Shown one piece after another: positions 47,680 through 55,976 of a stretch of 64,000 nt of DNA (the first letter of the stretch is position 1; each line of letters starts with the position of its first letter). The notes below the pieces were generated by a model that saw nothing but the letters and a program-made list of their open reading frames with translations, did no database searches and was not told the DNA's origin. Made by a program: the position numbers and the translations under genes. Origin of the DNA: Desulfovirgula sp. GTDB taxonomy: Bacteria > Bacillota > Desulfotomaculia > Desulfotomaculales > Desulfocucumaceae. The DNA is taken from the NCBI GenBank assembly GCA_020725625.1, contig DYET01000052.1, positions 20,805 through 84,804 of the forward strand, given 5' to 3'.

Positions 47680-48396
47680 ATGATTACGCCGGAAATGAGG
47701 CGTTCGCTGAAGCAGATGCTGCTGAATGAAAAAAAGCGGCTGCTGGAAAGGATTGAGGGAATAGACCAGGGAGGACTTCACGAGTCCCTGGGATCGTCCA
47801 TAAGTGAGCTCTCCCTTTACGACAATCACCCGGGGGATGTGGGCAGCGAGGTATTTGAACGGAGCAAGGACTTTGCCCTGCGGGAAAACGCCATGATGAT
47901 GATCGGCGCCGTTGAAGACGCCTTGCGGAAGCTGGAAAACGGAACGTACGGCCAATGCGACCTGTGTGGCCGGGAAATACCGCCCCAAAGGCTTCAGGCC
48001 GTTCCCTACGCAACGCTCTGCATCCGCTGCAAGAGGGCAGACGAACAAATCCCCAGGGCCGGTAAGCGGCCGGTGGAGGAGGAGGTGCTGGAGGATGTCT
48101 ATGCACGGCCCTTTGACGACGAAATAGATAACGTGGAATTCGACTGGGAGGACTCCTTTCAGCAGGTGGCCCGCTGGAATGAAAATGCCGTCTGGTCCGA
48201 AGCCGGGTCTTATTACGGGTCCGGGGAACCGGTGGAGGAAGACCGCAGGGGTGTGCTGGAAGACGTGGACGGCATCCCCTACGAAGTCGGCGACGACGGC
48301 GTTATTTACCAAAGCTTTAAAAGCATTAACGACGAGGACGCCCCGGGGGAGATCATCGACATCGGCATCCAGCACACCGGGGGGGACAACGGCTGA
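47680..48396 (+). CDS. YteA-family (DksA/TraR C4 zinc-finger) sporulation-associated regulator
   Basis: YDNHPGD and CDLCGREIPPQRLQAVPYATLCIRC. Confidence 0.85.
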   Translation: MITPEMRRSLKQMLLNEKKRLLERIEGIDQGGLHESLGSSISELSLYDNHPGDVGSEVFERSKDFALRENAMMMIGAVEDALRKLENGTYGQCDLCGREIPPQRLQAVPYATLCIRCKRADEQIPRAGKRPVEEEVLEDVYARPFDDEIDNVEFDWEDSFQQVARWNENAVWSEAGSYYGSGEPVEEDRRGVLEDVDGIPYEVGDDGVIYQSFKSINDEDAPGEIIDIGIQHTGGDNG

Positions 48397-48546
48397 TTGC
48401 CGGCTGCGGGCAGTATCTTTTTCACTGTTGATCTGGATGAAACCACGTGTTATACTCAGCGCAAAACAGATCCTTCACCGTTTCCGGAAGGACTTGACGG
48501 CAGCAACCCGGCCCAGGAGGAATTGGCGGAAAAGGGATGAATTGTT

Positions 48547-49500
48547 GTGAGGCAAAGGGTAAATACCGCCGGAGTATCGATTATAGCGAGCCTCGCCCTG
48601 ACAGCGGGCAAACTGGTGGCCGGCGCCGCCACGGGATCGGCCAGCGTTTTTGCCAGCGGGATTCATTCCGGCCTGGACGCGATGGCCGGCGGGCTTTCCT
48701 ATTTTTCAGTCAACCAGGCAGCAAAGCCGGCTGACGAGGACCACCGGTACGGCCACGGTAAATATGAAAATGTCGCCGCCGTGGCCGAGGCCCTGTTTAT
48801 GCTCCTGGCCGCTGCGCTTATCCTGTTCAAGGCCCTGCCGGGGATTTTCCGGGGCGGCACTGAGGTTCGCCTAATCGACCTGGGGATGGCCGCCGCCGGC
48901 GTATCGGCCCTGATCAGTTTTTTGGTTTCGGCCATGCTGGCCGGTGCTTACCGGAGGACCGCCTCCGAAGCGTTTCTGGCCGACTTGAAGCACGCCAGGA
49001 TCAACGGCGGAGCCTCTGCGGCCGTCTGTTTGGGAATGGCCGCCGTTAAATACACCGGGTGGACGGTCATCGATCCTCTCATGGCCGTGGCGGTTACCCT
49101 GATCCTGTTCAGGGAGGGATACGGCCACCTGAAAAAGTCGGCCGGCGGGATAGTGGATGTCAGACTTTCCCGGGAAGAGGAGGAAGCGATCAGGGAAGTC
49201 CTTGCCAGCCACGGGGGAAGGTACGTGCAGTACCACGCCCTGCGCACCCGGCGGTCGGGGCCGGACCGCTACGTCGACCTGCACCTGGTGGTCCCCAGGG
49301 ACCAGGTAATTTCGTTGACTCACGAAATCTGCGACAGTATTGAAAGAGACGTCCGGGAGAGACTGCCGGGCATCAATGTACTGATCCACGCCGAACCCTG
49401 CCGTCCGGTCAGCGGAGAGTGCAGTAGTTGCGGCATAGGTAGAACCGTGCGGGGTGCCGAAGAGGAGTCTGCCGACTGCACCGCCAAACCTGGTTCTTAA
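48547..49500 (+). CDS. Cation diffusion facilitator (CDF) family metal exporter
   Basis: TM helices with the HSGLDA motif and HRYGHGKYE, plus a C-terminal cytoplasmic domain. GTG start. Confidence 0.85.
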   Translation: MRQRVNTAGVSIIASLALTAGKLVAGAATGSASVFASGIHSGLDAMAGGLSYFSVNQAAKPADEDHRYGHGKYENVAAVAEALFMLLAAALILFKALPGIFRGGTEVRLIDLGMAAAGVSALISFLVSAMLAGAYRRTASEAFLADLKHARINGGASAAVCLGMAAVKYTGWTVIDPLMAVAVTLILFREGYGHLKKSAGGIVDVRLSREEEEAIREVLASHGGRYVQYHALRTRRSGPDRYVDLHLVVPRDQVISLTHEICDSIERDVRERLPGINVLIHAEPCRPVSGECSSCGIGRTVRGAEEESADCTAKPGS

Positions 49501-49596
49501 ATGGCCGGGCGGGAGGGAAACTGCGGCCGGTTTAGCCTGCTGTAATATGTGGTAAAAAGCAGAAAAAGGAAGGATAAATGGTAATCATGTAGAATT

Positions 49597-49622
49597 CAGG
49601 GAGGAAAGCCCTGGTTTTTTTT
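49597..49622 (+). terminator. Weak-stem terminator with a long T-run
   Basis: CAGGG-7nt-CCCTG followed by G and T8. Confidence 0.5.
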
Positions 49623-49710
49623 AATAGCCCCCAAAGAATCTTCGGCCGCCGTATTTAATATTAGAACCGGGGCATCGGGTAGCCGTATTAGGCCGGGAGG
49701 TAGTTGAAGG

Positions 49711-50466
49711 GTGCTTCCGGTAATCGACGTGCAGGAAAAACTGGATTTGATCCGGAGCGGGGACGGCCGGACAAGGGAGGAATTGATCGAGGCACACCTT
49801 CATTTTATTGCCCGGGTGGCTGCCAGGGTGTGCGGCAGAACCCTGGAATGGGGCAGGGACGATGAGCTGAGCATTAGCCTGGAAGCATTCAACGAGGCCA
49901 TCGACCGTTACGACGAGAAACGCGGGGTTCCTTTTCCGGCCTTCGCAAGGCTGACTATAAAAAGCAGGATTACTGACTTCCTCCGGAGGCAGCGCCGCCA
50001 TATCGATCACGGCGGGGGGTCGCTGGATGACGGCAGCCGCGAATCGTCGGCTGTTGAGATTTCCCGGGCCTGGGACCGGTATCTGGATCAGGAAGCGGCC
50101 AGGGAAAGGGAGGAGGAAATGGCGGAATTCCGGAAGATTATCGCTCAATTCGGGATATCCTTCGACGATCTGGTAAGGGCCTCCCCAAAGCACAGGGACA
50201 CCAGGTCCAATCTGCTGAGTATCGCCAGGCACCTGGCCGGGAACCGGGAGCTGTTCGACCAGTTGATGACCACCGGGAAGCTGCCGGTGGCGGCCCTGTC
50301 GAAGCGGTGCGGGGTCCATGTCAAGACCATCGAGCGGGGGCGCAAGTACATCATAGCCACCTCGCTGATCTGGCATTTCTGTGAGGATTTCCTTTACCTT
50401 TGCTCTTTCATTAAACCGCCGGAGAAGGAGAATGGACCAGATGGCAGGGCGGGCCATTATTCTTGA
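49711..50466 (+). CDS. sigI: RNA polymerase sigma factor SigI
   Basis: DDELSISLEAFNEAIDRYDEKRGVPFPAFARLTIKSRITDFLRRQ matches the SigI-family region 2. Followed by an RsgI_N-type anti-sigma gene. Confidence 0.8.
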   Translation: MLPVIDVQEKLDLIRSGDGRTREELIEAHLHFIARVAARVCGRTLEWGRDDELSISLEAFNEAIDRYDEKRGVPFPAFARLTIKSRITDFLRRQRRHIDHGGGSLDDGSRESSAVEISRAWDRYLDQEAAREREEEMAEFRKIIAQFGISFDDLVRASPKHRDTRSNLLSIARHLAGNRELFDQLMTTGKLPVAALSKRCGVHVKTIERGRKYIIATSLIWHFCEDFLYLCSFIKPPEKENGPDGRAGHYS

Positions 50467-51601
50467 GGTAAAAAAAGGTGTCTGCACGGTGATGACCCCC
50501 GAGGGCCAGTTCCTCAGGGTTAAGATGAGGGGGGACTTCAGGCCGGGGCAGGAAATCACGCTGCCGGAGGGCCGCCGCGGGTATAGCAGGCTGGCCCTGC
50601 TGGCCGCCAGCCTGATCCTTTTGCTGGCTGCCACCGCCCTTTGGAAGGTACTGTTGCCGCCGGCGGTGGCGGCCTACGTCAGCCTTGAAATCAATCCTGC
50701 AATTGAGCTGGCGCTGGACGGGAAAAACGTGGTTCGCGGGGTCAGGCCGCTGGACAGCGGCGGGGAAGAACTGGCGGCCGGGCTCAAACTGGTCGGGTTG
50801 CCCCTGGAAGGCGCCGTAGACCGGGTAATCACAGCCGCCGTGAACAAAAACATGATCGTATTTGAGGACGGCGTTGTGGTATCCACCGTAACCCCGGCAG
50901 ATAATCTGGCCGACCCCTCCGGGCTTGACCTGCTGATCAGGAACACGGTTGAGGGTTCCTTGAAGTCCCGGGGGATCGGAGCCAGGGTGCTGGTGGGTCA
51001 CGCCTCGGCGGAAATTCGGGAAAAGGCCGTCAGAGCCGGGATTCCGACCGGCCGGTACATGCTATACCTGGATGCTGCCAGGAAGGGGGTTTCCGTGGAA
51101 CCCGAGGCATTAAAGAAAAAGAACCTGGTTTCGATAGAAAGAGAGATTAAAATCAAGTTGGGGGACGTTCTGGAAGTGAATGCCGGCGGCCGTGGGACCG
51201 ATTCCGGGCCGCGCCGGGACGGGACCCGCGCCGGGGACGGCCGGGAACATGACCGGGTTGTGGTGGAAACCGGCCGGGACCAGGGCCGGGACAGCAACCC
51301 GGCAGGATCGGCCCCGGGGCCGGCCGGGCAGCCCGGGGAAGGTCAGGAGGGAGTAGGGAAGGCGGTAGAGGAAAAAAAAGATGAAAAAGATATAAAAGAC
51401 ATAAGGGAAGACAAAAAAAACACTGAAGACAAAAAAGACACTAAAGAAAGCGAGGCTCGGGGCAGGGGCCTGGAAAAAAGCGGACTGCAGCAGACGGGGA
51501 TGCCCCGGGATCCGGGCGGCAAGGAACACGGCCAACGGCCCCCAGCCGCGAGGGGGACCGATCAGGGAAGAGAGGGGGGTGGCGGCTTAAGCCGGCCGTA
51601 A
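50441..51601 (+). CDS. rsgI: Anti-sigma-I factor RsgI-like (RsgI_N domain, one TM helix, extracytoplasmic region with a low-complexity tail)
   Basis: MAGRAIILEVKKGVCTVMTPEGQFLRVK is the RsgI N-terminal domain pattern. TM helix LALLAASLILLLAATALW. The start could also be ATG 50432. Confidence 0.75.
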   Translation: MAGRAIILEVKKGVCTVMTPEGQFLRVKMRGDFRPGQEITLPEGRRGYSRLALLAASLILLLAATALWKVLLPPAVAAYVSLEINPAIELALDGKNVVRGVRPLDSGGEELAAGLKLVGLPLEGAVDRVITAAVNKNMIVFEDGVVVSTVTPADNLADPSGLDLLIRNTVEGSLKSRGIGARVLVGHASAEIREKAVRAGIPTGRYMLYLDAARKGVSVEPEALKKKNLVSIEREIKIKLGDVLEVNAGGRGTDSGPRRDGTRAGDGREHDRVVVETGRDQGRDSNPAGSAPGPAGQPGEGQEGVGKAVEEKKDEKDIKDIREDKKNTEDKKDTKESEARGRGLEKSGLQQTGMPRDPGGKEHGQRPPAARGTDQGREGGGGLSRP

Positions 51602-51800
51602 ACGGGGGCGGATAACCGTGAAGGAAGTGAGCCGCCGTTATGCTCCTGTAATGCCTCTGGTGGACCGGCAATAAGGCGGATTTCAACATGGAAAACAAGA
51701 GTTCCTTCGGTGAAGGTTTTATCATTGTTCCGGGAGAATATAAATAAGACATTTCCCCGGTGCGAACCCCGGGACGCAGTCTCAGGCGGGAGATGGTGCG

Positions 51801-53150
51801 TTGTCCCCGAACGGTTCCCAGGCAAGGATTGTTTACGATCTTGAAGACAGGCCCCCATTCAGAAGGACGCTGGCGTACAGCGCCCAGTGGCTTATTTTTA
51901 CCCTGACCAACTTGGCTGCGCTGCCCCTGGTGCTGGGCACGGCCCTGGGCCTGGATCAGGCCGGGATAGCCGACCTGGCCCAGCGGCTGTTGTTTTTTTC
52001 GGCCTTGGCGTCACTGCTCCAGGTGCTGTTCGGGCACCGGCTGCCCATCATGGAGGGTCCGGCCGGGATGTGGTGGGGCGTCTTCATGACCCTTGCCGTA
52101 CTGGCTCCGGGGATGGGAAAGCCGCTGGCGCAACTGCGGACCGACCTGGAGGCCGGCCTTATCGCGGCTGGACTGGTCCTGGTTTTGGTGGGGGCCAGCG
52201 GGTTGATCGGCATAGCCTTAAAGTTGTTTACCCCCGCCGTAACCGGTTCAGTGCTAATTTTACTGGGCCTGCAGCTGTCCGGGACCTTCGTCGGGGGAAT
52301 GCTGGGCGCCGGTTCGGGTGCCCCGGTAAATTTCAAGTCGATGGCGGTTTCAGCCCTGGTGGTGCTGGTGGTCTTCTGGGTAAGCCTAAAAGGCAGAGGT
52401 TTTCTGCGCAGCGTGGCCATCCTGGCGGGCATCCTGGCGGGCTGGCTGGCTTCGATTCCCTTGGGCCTTTCCGGCCCCGGCGGCTGGACGGGGGTGGAGA
52501 TTATCAGGCTGCCCGGGATTTTTGCCTGGGGGATGCCGACACTTGATTCCGGGATTATCTTTACCTCGGTAATGACCGGCCTGTTGGTCCTGAGCAACCT
52601 GGTGGCCAGCATACTGGCCATGGAAAAGACCATCGGCAGGGAGCTGCCGGGGCGCACCTATAACCGCGGCGTGATTTTTACCGGGCTGGCCGATATTATG
52701 GCCGGGGCCGGCGCCACGGTCGGATTTGTTCCCTATTCGGCAGGGGCGGGGATGGTCGGCCTGACCGGGGTGGCTTCCAGGCTGCCCTTCATAATTTTTA
52801 CCCTGGCCATGATGCTGTTGGGACTGGCGCCTCCGGTGGGAGTATTCCTCTCATCAATCCCGGCCCCTGTGGGTTACTCGGTGCTGCTGGCCTCCTTCGC
52901 CCAGATGTTCGGCTTCGGGATCAGGGACTACCTCCGGTTGAAACTTGACAGCAGGGACTTTTTCGTGGTGGGGGTGTCTGTACTGTTCGGCGCCGGGCTG
53001 ATGTTCCTGCCCCCGGATGCCTTCCGTGAATTGCCGGTGGCGGTCAGGTACATTTTGGGGAACGGTTTTATAGCCGGGATGATTCTGGTCGTCCTCCTGG
53101 AGCATGTTGTCCTTCCTGCTTCCCGCTTCGCCGAAAAAGGCAGCGAATAA
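51801..53150 (+). CDS. Nucleobase:cation symporter-2 (NCS2; xanthine/uracil permease) family transporter
   Basis: 449 aa polytopic protein with a PAPVGYSVLLASFAQMFGFG region resembling the NCS2 signature. TTG start after GGGAGATGG. Confidence 0.75.
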   Translation: MSPNGSQARIVYDLEDRPPFRRTLAYSAQWLIFTLTNLAALPLVLGTALGLDQAGIADLAQRLLFFSALASLLQVLFGHRLPIMEGPAGMWWGVFMTLAVLAPGMGKPLAQLRTDLEAGLIAAGLVLVLVGASGLIGIALKLFTPAVTGSVLILLGLQLSGTFVGGMLGAGSGAPVNFKSMAVSALVVLVVFWVSLKGRGFLRSVAILAGILAGWLASIPLGLSGPGGWTGVEIIRLPGIFAWGMPTLDSGIIFTSVMTGLLVLSNLVASILAMEKTIGRELPGRTYNRGVIFTGLADIMAGAGATVGFVPYSAGAGMVGLTGVASRLPFIIFTLAMMLLGLAPPVGVFLSSIPAPVGYSVLLASFAQMFGFGIRDYLRLKLDSRDFFVVGVSVLFGAGLMFLPPDAFRELPVAVRYILGNGFIAGMILVVLLEHVVLPASRFAEKGSE

Positions 53151-53158
53151 ATTTTATG

Positions 53159-53335
53159 TTGATCGGGCGCTTGGAAAAAGATATAATCAAATAAGCAGCG
53201 GGACCACGGAGGTCCTGTTACCGGTAGCAGCCAAAAATGTAAGTGGAAGGAATGGCCATGAAGGTCTGGATCCGCCGTAGGCGGTTATGTCGTCTGGACT
53301 TTTGTGGCTTACTTTTTTCCGGAATTGTGAGGCTG
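53159..53335 (+). promoter_or_regulatory. Promoter (TTGATC-17-TATAAT) plus structured leader, copy 3 of the twin-hairpin motif (order inverted)
   Basis: TTGATC 53159-53164; TATAAT 53182-53187; GGGACC-ACGGA-GGUCCU 53199-53215; GGCC-AUGAA-GGUC 53254-53266; CCGCC-gua-GGCGG follows; long-range GUAAGU...GGCUUAC stem, then U6 (53303-53308). Confidence 0.5.
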
Positions 53336-54124
53336 ATGAAAATGTTCGGGCCTGCCTGCGCAAGAACCGGCATCTTCCTTTACAGGATTGACCCCAGGAT
53401 CAAGGTGGTGTCCTTGTTCGGCTTCGTGGCGGTGGTTTCTTCCCTGACCTCGGTGCCCTTTCTGCTGGTTGCGGCCCTGATTATAACCGTCCTGTCCCTT
53501 TTTTCCGGCCTGGGCCCGGGCTGCCTGCTGCGCAGGGTGGCCCTGGTGCTGCCCTTTGCAGGGGTCATGCTGGCCGTTATTCCCTTCGCGGTTCCGGGCC
53601 AGGCGCTTTTTGGCATCAAGCTGGGGCCTCTCGCCCTGGCTGCCACGGAACAAGGGTTGGACCGGGCCGCGGTTCTTTCCCTGAGGATACTGACAGCCGT
53701 TCTGGCGGTAAACGCCCTTACCGCCACCACGCCTTTTTCGGAATTGATGAGGGCGTTCAGGGAGCTGAAAATCCCGGGGGTTTTCGTGCAGGTGCTGGAA
53801 TTTACGGTCAGGTACTTGTTTGTCCTGGCCGGGGAAGTTGACCGGATGAGGCTGGCCCGCAGGTCGAGGTGTTTTGAGTCCGGCGGCACCCTCCTGAACA
53901 GGGCCGTTTTCAGGACGCTGGGGCAGATGGTGGGAGTGCTGTTTATCAGGTCATGGGACAGGGGAGAAAGGATATACTGTGCCATGCTGTCCAGGGGTTA
54001 TTCAGCGGAGGCTGGCGCAGGGGGCCGGGCGCGCGGAATCAGGTGGGGGGACCTTTGCTGGGGGGTAGCCATCCTGGCTGCAGCGGTCGGCTTGAGGATT
54101 TTTGAAAGCGGGGCCGCCCGGTAA
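53336..54124 (+). CDS. cbiQ: Energy-coupling-factor / cobalt-type transporter transmembrane component (CbiQ/EcfT family)
   Basis: LYRIDPRIKVV start region and ARRSR coupling motif (LARRSRCF). The start is uncertain: ATG 53336/53342, or the longer in-frame form from ATG 53258. Confidence 0.8.
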   Translation: MKMFGPACARTGIFLYRIDPRIKVVSLFGFVAVVSSLTSVPFLLVAALIITVLSLFSGLGPGCLLRRVALVLPFAGVMLAVIPFAVPGQALFGIKLGPLALAATEQGLDRAAVLSLRILTAVLAVNALTATTPFSELMRAFRELKIPGVFVQVLEFTVRYLFVLAGEVDRMRLARRSRCFESGGTLLNRAVFRTLGQMVGVLFIRSWDRGERIYCAMLSRGYSAEAGAGGRARGIRWGDLCWGVAILAAAVGLRIFESGAAR

Positions 54125-54225
54125 CCCTGCAGATGTTAGCAATTGGGGCGCTCCGTGGACTGTGTGATCAAAATTGGAGGCCGCAGGCTTCTTCAGCCTG
54201 GGCCGAACAGGTCGGGGGAATAATA

Positions 54226-55056
54226 GTGGCCATTATTGAAGTCGATAACGTTTATTATACATATAAAGACGGCACCGAGGCCCTGAGGGGCCTCTCACTT
54301 TGCATCGAGGCGGGGGAGAAGGTGGCCCTCCTGGGACCGAACGGGGCCGGAAAATCCACCCTTCTCCTGCATTTCAACGGCATCAACCTGCCCCGCAGGG
54401 GAAGGGTGACCGTATTGGGACGGGAAGTCAACAGCAAATCAGAAAAGTGGGTGCGGTCGAGGGTGGGCCTCGTCTTCCAGGACCCCGACGACCAGGTTTT
54501 TTCGTCCACGGTCTGGGAGGATGTGGCCTTCGGTCCCCAGAACATGGGCCTGGACCGCCGGGAAATCGAGAGGAGGGTGGGGGACGCCCTTGAGGCGGTG
54601 GGGATGCAGGATTACCGCCAGAGGCCGCCCTACCACCTTAGCTACGGCCAGAAAAAAAGGGTGGCCATCGCCGGCATCCTGGCCATGCTTCCAGAGATTA
54701 TCGTGCTGGACGAGCCCATGGCCTTTCTCGATCCCAGGGGCAAGGACACTCTGGCGGAGATACTCAACCGGTTACACACCGGGGGTCGGACCATTGTCAT
54801 CGCCACCCACGACGTGGACTTCGCTGCAGAATGGGCCGACCGGGTGATTATCGTCAAGGATGGGAAAACCCTGGCCCAGGGCGGACGGGAGCTGCTGCAG
54901 GACCCCGGGCTGATGGAGGAGGCCCAACTGAGGTTTCCGGTGGTCAGCAAGGTATTTTCCTGTGTGCCCGAACTTAATGTTAAGCCTCTGCCCTTGACCG
55001 TCGACCAGGCGGTGGATATAATTAGAAAACTGATAAACAACGGAAAGCCGGAATAA
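54226..55056 (+). CDS. cbiO: Cobalt/nickel-type ECF transporter ATP-binding protein (CbiO family)
   Basis: GPNGAGKST, LSYGQKKRVAIAG and VLDEP motifs. GTG 54226 follows GGGGGAA. The upstream part of the track ORF is not coding. Confidence 0.88.
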   Translation: MAIIEVDNVYYTYKDGTEALRGLSLCIEAGEKVALLGPNGAGKSTLLLHFNGINLPRRGRVTVLGREVNSKSEKWVRSRVGLVFQDPDDQVFSSTVWEDVAFGPQNMGLDRREIERRVGDALEAVGMQDYRQRPPYHLSYGQKKRVAIAGILAMLPEIIVLDEPMAFLDPRGKDTLAEILNRLHTGGRTIVIATHDVDFAAEWADRVIIVKDGKTLAQGGRELLQDPGLMEEAQLRFPVVSKVFSCVPELNVKPLPLTVDQAVDIIRKLINNGKPE

Positions 55057-55062
55057 GAAGGG

Positions 55063-55815
55063 ATGTTTGAGATTATGGACAATGTCTCTCCCGAAGTGGT
55101 AAGAGGTTACTCGGTCTGGATTGAACCCGAAAGCCTGCACTACCACGCGGGAAGTGTGGTGCGGGCCAGGGCCCTTTGGGGGTGCATGATGAGGCGGGAT
55201 GGCGAGGCTGACACCGGGGGTTGGAACGCCTATGCCCTGGATCCCGGGGGGGCCGTGCTGGAGGCGGACATAGCCCGGGGTGAGGGAAACCTTTACAAAG
55301 TGGCCTTTTTTTCCGGCGGGGAGGGATTGTACAACCTCGTACTGGAGAACAAGGCCGGGATATACTGCAGGCTTCCCGGCGGAGAGTGGACCCGGGGACC
55401 CCGGGACAGCTGTCCCGGTGCGGTTGAATCGGCCAGGTTTTTCCAGAGGGCCAGGATCCCGGTTCCGGTGGGGCACCACATCCGGGGCAGGCTTGAGAGC
55501 GTAAGCGCGTTCGGCCTGGATGTATTCAGCCGGGAGTTCGGGGAGTACCGCCGGGGGGACAGCATAGTGATAAAGGTTTTTTACAATGGCCGGCCCCTTC
55601 CCGGCGCGGATCTGAAGGCTGCCTGCCATCTTTTTTCCGGTACGGAATACCCCTGGCGGGGTAGAACTAGCAAAGACGGGGAGGTTTCCTTCACCTTCCC
55701 TGAGAGGGGGCACTGGATGTTCACCTGTACCTTGGACGACGGGCAGGACGGCGGGGGGGCGGGATACGGCAGAACCGTGTATACCTCCAACTTTGTGGTG
55801 GCCGGGGTCAGGTAG
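55063..55815 (+). CDS. DUF4198-domain protein (nickel/cobalt-uptake-associated, CbiK/NikK-like) lacking a signal peptide
   Basis: GDSIVIKVFYNGRPLPGADL ... SKDGEVSFTFPERGHWMF matches the DUF4198 pattern as I remember it. The ORF starts 7 nt after the cbiO stop, so there is no room for a leader peptide. Confidence 0.65.
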   Translation: MFEIMDNVSPEVVRGYSVWIEPESLHYHAGSVVRARALWGCMMRRDGEADTGGWNAYALDPGGAVLEADIARGEGNLYKVAFFSGGEGLYNLVLENKAGIYCRLPGGEWTRGPRDSCPGAVESARFFQRARIPVPVGHHIRGRLESVSAFGLDVFSREFGEYRRGDSIVIKVFYNGRPLPGADLKAACHLFSGTEYPWRGRTSKDGEVSFTFPERGHWMFTCTLDDGQDGGGAGYGRTVYTSNFVVAGVR

Positions 55816-55976
55816 CGTCACAGTTGCCGCTGGGACAAAATGGATATAATATTTAAGAATACAGGAGTCGGAACACAGAATTCAGAATAAAAACAGCCCA
55901 TTCTTTTCTTGCGTTTAAATTCTGACTTCTGACTTTTGGGTTCTGAATTCTGGCTTCTGTCTTCGGAGGAGTTCTG

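Noticed and set aside
48464-48546. NiCo (czcD-motif) riboswitch upstream of the CDF exporter. The leader contains ACAG and CAGCAAC strings and a CCUUC...GAAGG hairpin.
   Set aside because: The leader (about 83 nt after TTGATC-17-TATACT at 48429-48457) seems too short, and I could not draw the four-helix junction. Worth a cmscan, but not supportable by eye.
51602-51800. Purine or xanthine riboswitch upstream of the NCS2 permease.
   Set aside because: None of the conserved purine-riboswitch loop or junction strings (UAUAAU, GGAUAUGG, CCGUAAAU, CGACUA) are present. Only small generic hairpins are seen.
53243-53335. 31-codon N-terminal extension of cbiQ given in the ORF track (MEGMAMKVWIRRRRLCRLDFCGLLFSGIVRL).
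   Set aside because: Family members usually start about 10-20 residues before the L.R.DPR.K motif. This region also overlaps the structured leader. It is retained as an alternative start (ATG 53258) in the copy-3 finding rather than called.
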